DNA of 63,065 nt, the filler included, from Platydemus manokwari (taxonomy: Eukaryota): NCBI GenBank assembly GCA_037951405.1. It is 6 parts of 6 records of this genome, joined end to end, with 100 filler letters (N's around TTAATTAATTAA, not from the genome) between each part and the next. Parts side by side here need not be neighbours in the genome. Positions count along the whole stretch, not along the records: positions 1 to 10,929 come from JBBMOY011044412.1; positions 11,030 to 21,856 come from JBBMOY011103109.1; 4 more parts are not named here. One strand, given 5' to 3'. Positions 1 through 14,029 of this stretch are shown piece by piece. The stretch's first letter is position 1. Each line of letters opens with the position of its first letter. Position numbers and translations under genes: made by a program. The notes beneath the pieces are model-generated. The model was not told where the DNA came from. It saw only the letters and a program-made list of their open reading frames with translations, and did not search any database.

Positions 1-847
1 GTTCAGCGTTATAACAATTTGTGTTAATAAAATACCTGCATAAAAACATGAATAACTTTTGACTCAACCTGGTATGTAATCACATATCTTTTTAGTTACT
101 ACTTTTTCGATCCAAATACAATCACAATTTAAAAAGCCTGAACAAGAAAATCTCTCGGTGAAATAAAGATCTAAACTTAAACACAGCGAAAAATACATGA
201 TATTCACCTTGTTTTATCAAGCCATTGTTTAATTATTTATTTGTATTATATAATTATCAATTTTAGAAATTATAATCACTGATAATAAATATAAATTAAC
301 TAATAAATTAAATTAAAAATAAACTCCAACAAATTATCCAAAAATCATCGATCAATGAAATAACTTGTTTGTAAGACTTATTTTTAATAATTTTTCAAAG
401 TTGCGCTATTAACATTATTTACATAATTCATTCTACTAATTATTATAAGTAGAAAATGATGGTTTGATAATGATTTTGTTAATTAAAATGATATTAATTC
501 TAAAATATTTATAAAATCAGGTCTTTTCATTTCTGTAATTTTCGAGATGGTCTCTCTAATATGTGATTTTAGTTACATTATTCGAGTCGAAATTGTTTCA
601 AGACTTTAAATTTTCTTAACTGACTGTATACTGGTTATTAATAAAAAATTTAATAAAATTTCTAAAAGGACAATAAATCGGTTAGAATATTATTTTGTAA
701 CATTTCTGTAATTTATTGTTTTCTCCTATTTTATTAATATTGATTGCCTTAGAGTCACTTTGCAGATTTTGTGTGTCAAATTACGTGTGTGTAATAATAT
801 AAATAACGCGATATTTCATTAATATCAAATATATTGCTCATCTATAG

Positions 848-951
848 GAGAGGTGGCCAACTTTTGTGTACGTAAGATCGACTTTTCATTTGAATTATAT
901 CTCAGGCGACGACAAAAATTGGCTTCAAGATCGACCGGTTGGCCACCCCTG
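848..951. mobile_element. 104-bp hAT-type MITE with 8-bp target-site duplication
   Basis: Left end GAGAGGTGGCCAAC (848-861). Right end GTTGGCCACCCCTG (938-951), whose reverse complement is CAGGGGTGGCCAAC. Both flanks read ATCTATAG (840-847 and 952-959). An 8-bp TSD and CAGGGGTGG ends are typical of hAT elements. Confidence 0.85.
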
Positions 952-3900
952 ATCTATAGATTCAGAGGATTCACAAAAAACTCCAAACATGTTTTTAAAT
1001 GAATTGCTTTGATTTGTTTGAATTATTGCTGATATCAGGCACAAGTTTTATGAAACAAATCAATATGCTTGTACGTTAAATCTGATTATTTTAATAAATC
1101 ATGTCACTTAATGTGTCTCATATTTTTAACACTTGACTCTCTTTATATAAAAAATCTGTTATCTTTAATTATGTTTATATCCATTGAAAACAAACATGAT
1201 ATAAATGTGTGCCACAAAATACCACTGCCTTTGCGACTTGACTATGTTTCTCACTCAGAATTGTCTCTGCGGTTCAGTTTCTTCAACAAATATCGAAAAT
1301 AATTTCTTGTTCTACCCCTACCGTACACTTCAATTGTCAACATGAGGATAAGCTATGAATATGTGAATCTATTGCAGGACACAAATGTTTAGTGCAGTTA
1401 ATTAATCAAAAACATTATATATTTGCTAATATTATCAATCCCCTGTTAACAATATTCTCTTGATGGAAAAATTAAATTGTATTTTCATTTAACAATATGA
1501 GATTATTGACTGCCTCTGGAATAAAGAGTTAACTAATTTCTGGGATCATAAAAACTTCCTAGACTATTTCAAAATATCTTTGTTATTGATATATTTGTAT
1601 CTACAATTCCAGAAAAACCTTTACCAACTGTTTCATTAATTTAGATGCACAATCGAATTATTCCAATGAATTCAAATGCTACCGCACAGTTATTGTTGTT
1701 TATTAATTCCAGAGATTAATAGCTAAACAATTACAATAGCAATGATCGCATCATGTTTAGATTGGAATTGATATTGCATTCACCGGATGTTTATAGATTT
1801 ATCGTTATATCATTAATATAGAACACCATCACTATTTGTGTGTCTGCAGCATCCTATATTTGATTTTAAATAACATCAAGTAGCTAATTAAATTTGCTAA
1901 ATTTATTGTCTTATTATTGGCCATTTATCATTCAATTCATTTAATCATCAAATGTTGAATTGATATGGAGGCAACATAAATATATTCGAAATAATCGCTG
2001 TAAATATTATTGAAATAAATGAGTTTTATTTCAGATATCCAGAAGAAAATGCTTGTAAAAATAAAGAAATCACAAAATTTGTGAGACTTGAAATGCATTT
2101 CAGTTATATATTAATTATTTTATATCTTATCTGTGATTGTGTAGCTACTGTTCCAGTGTTTATCCAGGGCACTTGTAATATTTTATGATCAATCATTGAT
2201 AAAATAAGATATCATTTGGAACTAACAGTTAGTAACTTCAGGGATATTAAGATTTACTGTAAGATGTTCTGTCGAGTATCATAAAGCGTGTGATTTATTT
2301 AATCCGTCATCAACTGAATGCATTGAATTAATCGTAATGATTTCTTGCAAATGATAAGATATTTATGACTATCTTTAATTTGTGAGAGATGAATCGTATT
2401 GCCTATTTTATTCACAAATATATCTGCATGTCATAGGCCTTGTCGAACATAAATCATTTTAACGCAAATTGGCATTAAAGGATTTCAATGATCCTAGAAA
2501 TTGCTGTTTTCCGTGAATTTGACAAATATTCTTTAATCGTATTTAATTTTTTTTCAAAGATTTAATATTAGCTTTCATAAATTATTATAAAGTTATTTTG
2601 GGTTATCAAGGCACTTCAATAGCTATGCTACTAGACAAACTGTGTCGAGTTTGATTCAAACACATATTTAGATTATGATTGGTGTTTCAATAAACTGATG
2701 TCTGTAAATCAAAATATGGTGAAACAGCTGTATTGTTGAATAAATGCACAATATAACGGACCAATCAAATGATATCACAATTTAATGCAATAAATATTTC
2801 CAAATAAACTGATAATAATAAACTCCAATAATAACACAACTGTATAATAATAAAACTGACCAATCGAATGTCATCATAATTTAATCCAATAATAATTTGA
2901 AAATAAAAACGATGAATCAGTTGCATTAAATGTGTTGTAAAATAAATCAAAACGATTCATATAAATTGATAAACAAGACTAAATGGATCTGGTCACTACG
3001 GAAAATCAGATAAAGCTATGCGATATCATTATTAATCTTGAAAATTTAATTGAATTCCATTATTAAATGATTCTATTTGATTATATTTATATTTGTTATA
3101 TTTTTGAATCGATTGAATTACTGCGAAAAATCCACTAATATCAAGAATTTTTTGATATTGAAGACCAAATTTCGAAATAGAATGAAATCTTGATAGTAAA
3201 ATGATCAAAAAACCTACTTGATGACACCCAAAATCTTTACAAAATTCAATTTCAAATTCTTTCACAAGCTCCCTCATTTATTAATCAAAATGACACTTTT
3301 TATAATAATTATTAACTAAATAAATGATTGTCTTTGTTAAATAAATATTTCTTTTAGTTTAAACTGGTAAGCATGAATATCTTTTCTATTAATAATCTCA
3401 AAAACATATTACTATGTGCTAGATATCAAATATTTAACTGACGGTGGGAAATTAAATAAATAGTCTAAATAAGACTTTACTTCATGATTATCGAGGATAA
3501 TTTTAAAATGTTGTTGTTATTAACCCGAGTAAATCTACTGATTATTGTCAGTAGAATAAATTGCAAACTTCAATCAATTATAATTATTAGTCATTTAAAT
3601 TGTTTAAGTAGTGAAAATTATTTCCAGTGTGTAAATAATGTATATTTAAGCTTAAATGAATTTAGTTAAATCATTCAACAAACAAAAAGAGAAACTATTG
3701 TCTATTGAATGCTTATAATACATGAAAATACAAATAGTTTCTCTTTTAAATATTTTTTGCTAGGCAAATTTAAAAACGATTATCTACTAGATATCGCAAT
3801 CCAAAAAATAAATATTTATTTTTATTAAAAATATTAAATAACCAAAACTTCATAATGGTAGTAACTCTATTCTTAAAGTGATACAATTTTTATATTTTTT

Positions 3901-5299
3901 CGTCGTCAATAGGCTTCCTTCTTTTTAATTATAATTTTTCATTTTTAATATATCAATTTCAAAGTATTTCAGACATTAATCAATAACTTATATTTGTCAT
4001 TTCAATAGCAATTTTATGATTTGATTAGCTCTTAGTTTTAATTTTATATAAAATTATTAATTTTAATACTTGAGAAACGAAAACAATACTAATGGTCATT
4101 AACATTAAAACATGATGAATATTTTAAATAAAAACACTATATAATTTTAATTTTTTCTAATATTCTTGATATTTTATGTTTGTTTTAATAATTAATTAAA
4201 ATTGAAATTTTAAATACATTCTCATTTAATATTTTTTTAAATATTTATGTATTAAATATAATATATCAGCTTTACTGAAATTGATTTAAAAGTTTTCCGT
4301 AGACAGTTGATATTTTTGTTGGTTAACGATTCAGATTCATTTTGATGAATAATTAAACATTTTTATTTTCAAATTATGAACATTTTAAATTTCATTTTGA
4401 AGTAGTTATTTATGTGATTGTATATCTATTTTCTTGATTTATAGATAAAATTAAATTGTTTTCAGATATTTCAAGTTTCATTTATCCACTTTGAATTAAG
4501 CAACTCATGTGAAAGGCTACCAATGTTATAAGAATTTATTTTATTTAAATTTTGATTCCAGCTACTGATTGAGTAAAAATGAGAATTCAGTCAGTTAATA
4601 AATATTTGGTTTTGATTATTTCATCCAAAGTAAAGAATCTGTATATTTCATTAAAGAATCTCGATAAAATTCAATAAGATACTTTTCCGTAATCCAGTAA
4701 AGGAAGACCAATATCCCAGTTTTGCATTTGAAAATTATTTTGTTTTGTAATTAAATAAATAAAATTATTTCTATCTGTTAATAAATTATTATAATTATTG
4801 AGTATTTGTTGGTGAGATTTGATTGGTGAATTGCATTTATCATTTTATTGTAGTTTTGATTACTGTTTTGATTAATTTAATTTTTGATTAAAATTGGCAA
4901 TTATAAAATATAAAAGATATTTTTTTATATTTCAAGTAGTGATTAACTAGAAATTATCGCTCATGATTTTCTTGGAGATTTTAACTTTTCTAAAGCCATT
5001 GATCAGTTGATTAAAATGAAAATATGTGTTAAACATTAATAATCAAGGTCAATGAATGAACATGAAAATATAATTAAAAATTATATTGGGATAACAAAAT
5101 TTAAGATTTATTTCGATGAAATGAGAGATCTACATGGCTAGTTGGGAATAAATGCTCAAGCCAGCTTAGTTATTTGATTTTCCATTCGATTATTTATAAC
5201 TTGAGGAGTTAGATGTCACATAGTGGGAAACATATTCAATTGAAGTAATTTTAAAACAATTTCCAACGTTTGTTTGCTTTAATATTTTTGATTTTTGCG

Positions 5300-6490
5300 C
5301 GTGAAGTAAAAACTTTAAAGATGAGTTGTTGTTGGATTTGATTTAGGTAGGCCATTCATGGTTCGAAGATATCTATAAGTTGGAGCTTTGGTGGTTTATC
5401 TAGCAAGTAGGATTGACGTTTGTGTTGCTGTTGCGATTTTATAATATAGCAAAGCACTGTTTAAGAAGTAAGAAATTAAAATGACCTCTCTAGCTTTTCA
5501 TGGGCAGAAGTAAAAGGAATTTACAATAGAAGATTTGTATGTTTATGTTTTTCAAACACTGTTAGTGATATGCCTTTACCGTTGTATTATTTTAATCAAT
5601 ACTTGTGTATAAAATATTCTGGTTGTATTGATTGTTTAAGTCTACATTGTGAGATCCTTTTTCCAGTGATTGGTTTAATTTCAATATAATTTTCTTGATC
5701 CTCATTGATTTTCCAATGTACGAGACCTTATTCGGTGCTATTAAAAGAGTAAACACGGTTTTTCTCTCGATATTTTCATCTATTTTAATTCTTGACAGTG
5801 TATCCGCAGAGGCATTTGATTTTCCAAATCTGTGTTTAATTTCAATATAATATGGTTGGAGCGTCATTAATCTGCTAGCCACATCTGATTAATAAGCCAT
5901 CATAGGGAATGATGATCTGTGTATATTATAATTTTGTGTCCTTGTAGGTATTGTCGAAATTTTCTTTTGCTGTGAAAATGATTGCTAATTATTTTTTTAT
6001 AATTAAATGAACCAACGTGATCCTTTTTATCCTCATCTTGACGTCCCACTACAGCGCCAATAGAAAATCCACTTCAGTATGTCGTTCAAACAAAAGATTT
6101 CTTTATATCTGGATGTCGCGATATGAGATTGGCTGTTAATTTTTGTTTTCATAATTCAAACTTCTTTTTGTTGTTTTTGCCTTTGAAATGATGCATTTTT
6201 CTATATTGTGTTAAACGGAAGAGCAATGTGTGAGAAATTTTGTAAAAATTTCCTATATTAAATTAGCAAGAGCAAAAATTATCAAATTTCATCAACATTA
6301 GCTGGGCTAGAATATTTTGTCGATTTGTCCTGGGTTGGTTTCAAGCATTCTCCGGAAATAATATGGCCAATATGTGTGACTCCTGGCTTGGCCCATTCGC
6401 ATTTAGAAGATCTAATCTTCAAGTTTTCTAATTTTAATCTTTGAAATACTTTTCTATCTCCATTAAATGATCTTCAAAAGTTCCTTGATA
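5300..6490 (-). mobile_element. Decayed Ty3/gypsy LTR-retrotransposon pol (RT C-terminus, RNase H, linker)
   Basis: Minus-strand translation gives TFEDHLMEIEKVFQRLKLENLKIRSSKCEWAKPGVTHIGHIISGE (RT), SGFSIGAVVGRQ (RNase H start), KFRQYLQGHKIIIYTDHHSL, and LQPYYIEIKHRFGKSNASADTLSRI (RNase H end). These are interrupted by stops and frameshifts. The lower boundary is approximate. Confidence 0.9.
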
Positions 6491-7660
6491 CAATGAAAAA
6501 CAAAAGTTGTCTTTTTAACAAAGATTTCTTCTAATTGCACATTAAAATTTGTGAATTGTTATAAAAATAATATTCGTTATGCTGACTAGTAATTTCCAAC
6601 GAATAGGTTTTTGTAAACTGACGCGCTAAATAAATAAACTCGCTACAAAATAAATCAATAATAAGTCATGTGAATTGATAAGCAGTATTAAATAAGCTTG
6701 ATCATTACCAAAAATATTTGAAAACATGATCATTGTTGCATTATACGAGAATAACTGATCATTTCCAACATTAAATCAATGCTCTCATCTAAGAGATAAA
6801 GCTTTGAAATGCCTTCGATAATCTTTAAAATAAAACAGACTCAAATCCCACCATAAAAAAATGAAACTGGATTATCTTGGATGGATTTCACATTTATTTT
6901 TTGATGAAAAGAGCAAACCAAATTACTGATTGTCAAGAAATGTTTGATATTAAGGAGCAAATTATCAAAACAGATTCAAAATTTGTAAGTAAAATAATCT
7001 ATAAATCTATAAAACATAGCCTTATATCGATTATATTTTAACACAAAAAATGCAGTCATCTGAATTATATGAGTGTAAATTTTGATATTTGAGTTGAAAA
7101 TATAAATTTTTTAAATCATTTACATCTTTGTTTAAATAGGAATAACAGGATAAAACACCCTTGTTAGGTGATTTCAAATTTAAAAATCGAATATGCGAGA
7201 ATAAACAATCAATACTTGAATGAGGTAAAAACTGATTACAAAAATGCACAAAAACCAGGACATCAATAAACAAAATTATATGTCGATTAAAACAAATCGA
7301 AGACATAATATATGTTATGAAAATCGAAATAAATCATTTATTGATTATTTATTACATTAATTGAATAAATTGTTATCTTTAGAAACAAAATATATTTTAT
7401 GTAAATCATTCATTTAAAGAAATATTATTTATTTCAAAACACAAACTGTGCCAATACAATTTATTATCAATTATTAATTGGTTATTTCAAATCAATAAGT
7501 AGTATTTGATTAAAACAATACAAACAACGCATTTATTTTTCATAACAACAATAATCAATAAGAATATTATAAAATTTTTTTAATAATTATCTCTTAGTTT
7601 TCCAAGTCATTTTTGGTCATCAAAACAGCATTTAATAATATTTGAGAAATAATGTCATGA

Positions 7661-10600
7661 CTATTGCTGATTGAAATAATCTTGATCTACAAATAAAATG
7701 TCAACAAATATAAATGCGATTAATCGATATTTTATAAAATAACATTCACCTTCACAAATGTTCACATATTTAATGATGAAGTGATTGATGTAATCGTAAA
7801 TGAAAGCATATTGATCCTGAAAATAGATATTAAATAATTATTAATCAATGATTTGATATCAATTAACAATCAATTTAAATTTGAATTTGGAAATTATTGA
7901 GGAGGGACTCACCAGCTATAAGAGTTTGACAATTTTTATCCCATTAACAAATACTTTTATACTAGCTTGGTGTTAAAATAATAATTTGATTTTTGCCAGT
8001 GTTTTATGTTCTCTGAATTTTGATTGGTTGTTTTTCTGAAGAACAAGAATTATCACTAATTATAAAGACATTTTAATCGTAAGTGACATTTTATTGTCAT
8101 GAAAAGCTTTATTATTCGATAATAATATTTTTATTCTTTTCCATGCGATTTCTTCCAATATCTATCGAGTGGGTATTTAGCGATCAAAATGCCTAGCTGT
8201 GACTGGCTGTGATTCATCACAATTACTTAGCTATAAATAGTAATTTGATGTACCTAGTCAAATATTATTTATTTCCAAAATTATCTCATGTAACTATAGA
8301 ACATTTGCATTGGCTTAGGTAAGTTCTGGTCATACAAGTTGCTGAGGCTCACCAGGGGCCAATAAACATTAAGATTAAATAAAAATATTAATCTGCTTAA
8401 GCCAGCGATATTAAGTTTATTTAAAATTTCTGAATATGGTTGCATAGCGATATCCTCAATATTGATTTAGTCAAGAGATTTAGACAAAGCTGGCATCACG
8501 GAATTTGCAACTGTTAATCAAGTATTGAATGAGAAATACAAAAATTGTTGATCATCATCAAAGCTACGTGATTAGTAAAAAATTATTCTCAAATAATATC
8601 GTTTAATATTTATTTATAACTTTACCCGGTTCTGAACCATAAAATTGCGATATCTTCGTAAATTCAAGACTGTATTGTAAATATCGATTTCTTGACATCC
8701 GCTTATCAATTGTTTAATGATTCGATCGATACAAATGAATGTTCCAGTGTTCCCAACACCTGCACTGAATAAAGTACATGTCAATACAAAAATAGATGCT
8801 ATATAAATCGCAGATATATCTTTAACAATTCATGCGTGCATTCCTTATCATGTTATTGATAATCTTAATTAGAAATCGCGCACAGCTAGATAATGAATCA
8901 TTTATCAAATTTATTTTGAATTTAACGAATTTATCTATTTGTTTACCAGATATTTAATTTCGTTTTTTAATATTTAATATTAATTTATCTTTATATTTAT
9001 AATTATATTTTTATTTATTTTTTTGAAATATTTTTTAAAGATTTTTTATTTTAATATCGAAGTTATTAGATTTTTACCTTTATTTATCAGATTCATTCCA
9101 ATCCAATCATTTTTCAATAAAAGATATCAATAAATACTCAATTTAAACTCACCAGCAGTGAACCAAATATGGGTGATGAACACCCTCATTGTTGAGCTCG
9201 TGAAACCGAAAAAGCATTTTATCAAAATGATCTAAATTTGGAGCCAACTGATCCAGCCATGTATTCATGTGAATCTGTGTGATGTCTCTTTTTTCATTAA
9301 TTTTCTACACACATTCATCAAAAATAGTTATCAAAATCTTAAAACTGGAATACCACATTTTCTATCACCAGATGTCTCTCAATGAATGAATATTTTTCAT
9401 TTTCTCCAATCAAAGTTACATTAAACTGGTTTGCATCGCCATATGTGACCAATTCATTATTATGATTTGGCCAATACTGCGCACATCCAAATTTATCTCC
9501 CTCCATTGTTCTATATTTCGATAACGAAATTTCATTTATTATTCATCAATAATCACCTTGTCAACATGATTACACAATTGATATTTTGTTCCCAAATCAT
9601 TTCCCAAAACTCTGACAAAGTGTCATCCATTGGTCCGTGAGCAGCAATGTATTCAATTTTGTCATCATCATTTGCAAAAGGAATAAAACTAGCATTGATG
9701 TAATCACGAGGAAATCCTTTCTCACCAACTTTAACTCGGTTTTGATCGACTTTATCAATAATTAATTGTAAAGTAATTAAATGAAAAATAACAAGGTAGA
9801 ATGTTCACAAATCGATTATTATTTCTATTTCTCGAATTTGTGCCAGCCTCAAATGTTAGACCCAATGATTTCTGAAGGACTTTGGTTTCAGTTGATAAAC
9901 ACTTTTGATAAAACAACGAATAATTGCAGAACAATTCCATAAATATAATACTTCATATTCCTCAACAATTCTGTTCTTACTTGGTCTGTCGTGAAACTCA
10001 GAAATTGCAACAACAGAGTTAGATCTATTGATTTGTATAAATGTATTTGTTAACTGATTTAAAACTGTATTACTTGGCTAGTGGAAATGCTTTCTGCTTG
10101 ATGTCTCCAGATGTTTCACTAATCATTTGATATTAGATATTTAAATATATCAAATATTAACCTCGATATTATCCTTGGTTTGGACCCCTTGCTCTCGATA
10201 TATGGTGTTTTAACATAAATAGGACTAAAATACCAAATTCATCAAATCACAATCATAATATATAATCAATAAAATCACCACAACAAACCAGAGGATATTT
10301 TGATATATTTTAATAAAAATGAGTTCAATAAAATTAAATACAAATTATTAATTATTGTTTTATTAAATTAAATAAATCAATATTTATTTATTATAGATAT
10401 TATGAAATAATACTCGGATCTATCTGTTGTTACCAATGAGACTTGATATAAAGATCCACCATTTCTTTTGTAAAGAAAACTTCGAAATCAATAAATAAAA
10501 TAAACAAATGTAAATATTTACTTGTTTTGATTGATTAGTTTACCACTCCTTAAAATCAATATAAAACCAATAATAAAACAAATCAGTAGAGAAGCAATGA

Positions 10601-10853
10601 GAATGATGGTTATTGTTATTCTTAAACGAGGCTCTTTCGATTCACTTTGATTAATTGTTGAATCTTTCTTGATCAATTGATGAATTCCCATCATGTTGAT
10701 GCCGAAGATCTCGACTGAATAATTGGACAGCATTTCATCAAATTTGAAGAGAACAGAAAATGAGGTGTTTTGTATTGGAAATGTTTGATTTTGTAAATCA
10801 ATACATTTAAGCAATCGATTTCTGGAATTGTGTTGTGTTTCATTTAAATATAT
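7661..10853 (-). CDS. Receptor-type protein tyrosine phosphatase, 3' part (end of ectodomain, TM helix, single PTP domain); 5' end lost at spacer
   Basis: Twelve GT-AG exons join in frame: 10853-10522, 10479-10414, 10224-10162, 10118-10074, 10024-9952, 9901-9793, 9749-9557, 9510-9354, 9304-9153, 8764-8626, 7816-7750, 7686-7661. They encode TM ITITIILIASLLICFIIGFILIL, then NNRFVNILPFDQNRV, DYINAS, YIAAHGP, FWEMIWEQ, CAQYWP, WLD, VHCCAGVGNTGTFI, MVQNRDQYAFIY and a TAG stop. Confidence 0.93.
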
Positions 10854-10929
10854 CTTGAAATAAAATCAATAAATATAATTAAAATATCTAAATAAAAAAT
10901 TAAATATTTATTGATAAAAATCCAATGAC

Positions 10930-11029
10930 NNNNNNNNNNNNNNNNNNNNNNNNNNNNNNNNNNNNNNNNNNNNTTAATTAATTAANNNNNNNNNNNNNNN
11001 NNNNNNNNNNNNNNNNNNNNNNNNNNNNN
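10930..11029. other. Artificial contig spacer (44N-TTAATTAATTAA-44N)
   Basis: The same 100-nt construct occurs five times. TTAATTAATTAA places stops in all six frames. Confidence 0.98.
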
Positions 11030-11058
11030 CATTTCATGGGATATCATAGAATGTTTAC

Positions 11059-11482
11059 CATGTGAAGTTTGAAGGCACTCTTCCAAATTGATATCATCAT
11101 TTAATGGATCACTAAATATATCACCGAGTTCTGAAAGATGAGTCAATATCTAAATCTCACATTCTACAAGAACATTTACCCTGTGAATCCCGAAAGCACT
11201 CATCAAGATTGATTTCATCGTCTGAAATAATAACATATCACATTAAATTCAATGAATTTTCATTTCATGTTTACCTCCAAAAATCTCCTTGAAAGTATCG
11301 TCAATGTCTTTTTGAGTAAGAAAACCTGAAAAGAAAATTATAATGATAAATGACATTTTATCAATTAATACTCAATATATTAGAGTCGTCCTCAACAATG
11401 TCAGATTGTGGAATGGAATTGTTCTGAAAATATCGATTATTAAACAGGAAATCGTTGGAAAATCATTTACAATTCGTTGCAT
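11059..11482 (-). CDS. Micro-exon acidic-repeat gene, paralogue A (5' part; truncated at spacer)
   Basis: GT-AG exons 11482-11471 (12 nt), 11423-11372 (52), 11325-11275 (51), 11221-11180 (42), 11130-11059 (72) give MQRI|NNSIPQSDIVEDDSNILS|FLTQKDIDDTFKEIFGD|DEINLDECFRDSQE|LGDIFSDPLNDDINLEECLQTSH. Homologous to the genes at 17520-18433 and 20993-21827. Confidence 0.8.
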
Positions 11483-11859
11483 TGATTTGTTAAATTTTTG
11501 GAATTGTTTCCTTGACGAATGTTATTTATATTGTTGAACAAATGGTAGTAAAATTTATGATGACAAAAGGATTGGAACGCTGTTTCCGTTATGGGGATCG
11601 GTTTTTTGGAAAAATATATTTATTTATGAATAATAAAATTAAAAATCGAAAATCGATAACAAAATTTTCTTCAAAATTATGAACTTTCAAATTTATTTAT
11701 AATTCGTAATTGGATACACTCAAATCAATTTGACTTCAATTACAAATTAATTAATTATTGATTTAATTAATATTGTTTCTTATTGATTTATTGATTTTCT
11801 TTTTCTTCTTCTCACCAAAAAATAAAAAATAAAAAAATGATAGGCAAATCCCAATACTC

Positions 11860-12015
11860 GATGCTGTCATAAACAATGGAATGCAGATTGATTTCTCGTC
11901 CAGTACCAGGACTAACAGTGTAAAACGAAATTAATCAATTTTTATAACGTCAATGTGAGGGATTTCTCCACCGCCTAATGTAGACCATGTTTATGTGTAA
12001 TAAATATTGATTTAT
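11860..12015 (+). mobile_element. 5'-truncated 3' end of a non-LTR retrotransposon (same family as 22900-24350)
   Basis: Aligns by eye to 24198-24350, e.g. ATGTGAGGGATTTCTCCACCGCCTA...TAATAAATATT versus ATGTGAGGGATTTCCTACTGCCTA...TAATAAATATT. Confidence 0.6.
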
Positions 12016-14029
12016 TTTCAATAATTGGGAGCATGCTATGATATTTTTAAAATTCCTCGGAAATCACTCTCAATCTTATAGAAATGATTTTTCAACTTGT
12101 TGCTATGGCGATAAATGACCACTCCTCTATCCGATTACACAATTGAATCAATTTCCTTTTTATGGCCATCATCATTACATAATATTTTCATCATTAATAA
12201 GACAATCAATGATTTTCATATTTTTTTTAACAAATAACCACTTCAATATATCGATATCAATGAACGTTAAAATTATTTATTTATGTTTGTCGACTTTGTG
12301 TAGCTGACACTTCTTTTGAGTGGAAATAACTCATCACAGATATTCGTGGAGAAAGTTAAGAAAGAAGTTAATAAAACTGTCGCAGAAATTCAGGTCATAG
12401 TTTTCTAGGAACTCGATTGATCATAAAATATATCCTCTTGATAACTGGAAACAATCCCTTGAGGACAGGGGACAGTCAAAGTATTGAATAAACCGAATAC
12501 AAAAATGTCTTAACGGCAAGCCATTAATTGAGATATTTTTAGTAAATCATGTGCAAATGAATTTTTAGAAGTTTTTTCAGACTTTTTGCTGTCAAAACGC
12601 CGAATATATGTGAAGGAGAATGCATGTAGGAGAATGCATGCAAGGAGAATGACAATATGATGGATGTTTAAAAAGATCTTTAAAATTAATTTACATTTTA
12701 GGTTTCCAGATTTCAAGCAAAAAATAAACATTTGCTGCATTTATATTGCTGTCGTCAATATTTCTCAGTTGATGTTGCCATAGAAACAACATTATTTCGT
12801 AGAGATCATAATTGATTATCAAAATATCATTTCATTCAATTTTGATAAACTCATGTTTACCGAACCAACTTTCTTCCGAATACGATAAGAAATTCTAGCA
12901 ATTTATAAACATCACAAAACATAAAATTGTGAAGCAGAGAAATTTTAAACACGAATTTTTCGAATAATTGAGAAGTGCTATTATTGATTGTTAAAAATTT
13001 TAGTGCTGATTTATTAAAGAACAGTTTGATTATTATTAAGTATAATTTCAAATATTATTTACTTACAAAATGTAAGTAATATAAATTACATATAAAATTC
13101 AAATGATAAAAGATTATCTAATTATACACCTATCACGACATACTAAACATACACAATTGAAGACTTAGACAATTGTTATTTTAAGAGATTTATCGATATT
13201 TATCTATATTTTTATTGACAGAATTGTTATTATAATATTATTATTAATGAATTTATATTTATTTAATCTATATTTGATTGAAGTAGTTATTGAACCTTAT
13301 GTCTCACGATTTTAATCCGGGGAATTCAGAGCATCGTAGAGTCTCACTCTTCAGGTCACCATTATTTAATTTCAATCCTCAAAAATTTTCATAGGTAGAG
13401 CAAATTATCAGTGATCAAGTTGTTCTGGACTTCAACTCATGTCGAGAATTGCCATACGTTTTCCTTTTCTAAATCTAACTCCCTTACACTATTTAAGTTC
13501 ACACTGAATCAAACAGGTCGTTCTGGTTAATAAGCTTAATTTGTAACATTAAGTGTACAAAAAATTGATCTCTCGGGTTGCAACCAGGGTAAAGAAAATA
13601 CATGTCTCAGAGTTTGATAAACTTGGTTCCAGTTTCAAACTTCTTCTGAAATTACTTCTGGGTACTATCACAAAATATTCCAGTAACAAGTCCTGCTTCT
13701 TTACAATACTCATTACTTACATAGTAACTCAAAAGATAATACTTGTAAAATGCATTAGTTCATATGGTTCCAATGTGAATTTAAAGAGTTAACCCTCCTA
13801 TTCAAATTCCTATTTTCAACATTCGTCACTTCAGTGTGCTTTCTATTCGTGTGTTCACATTCAACATGAATATTTACCTACTGTTGCTATCGATTATAAT
13901 TAACACTTACCTTAAAAATCAACGTACGTCCTTTTTAATTAAACTAGCATTCGGTTGTGTATATCACAAATCAATCAAAATGGTCACAAGAATCAAGGAA
14001 AAACTCTAAAAAATATTCGATACACACAA

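Noticed and set aside
10974-10985. TTAATTAATTAA palindrome recurring about every 10 kb as a biological repeat
   Set aside because: It is always centred in an identical N-run, so it is an assembly linker.
10853-11482. Paralogue A exons as the missing 5' exons of the receptor PTP (same strand, adjacent)
   Set aside because: They are separated by an artificial spacer. A has no signal peptide and is homologous to genes B and C.
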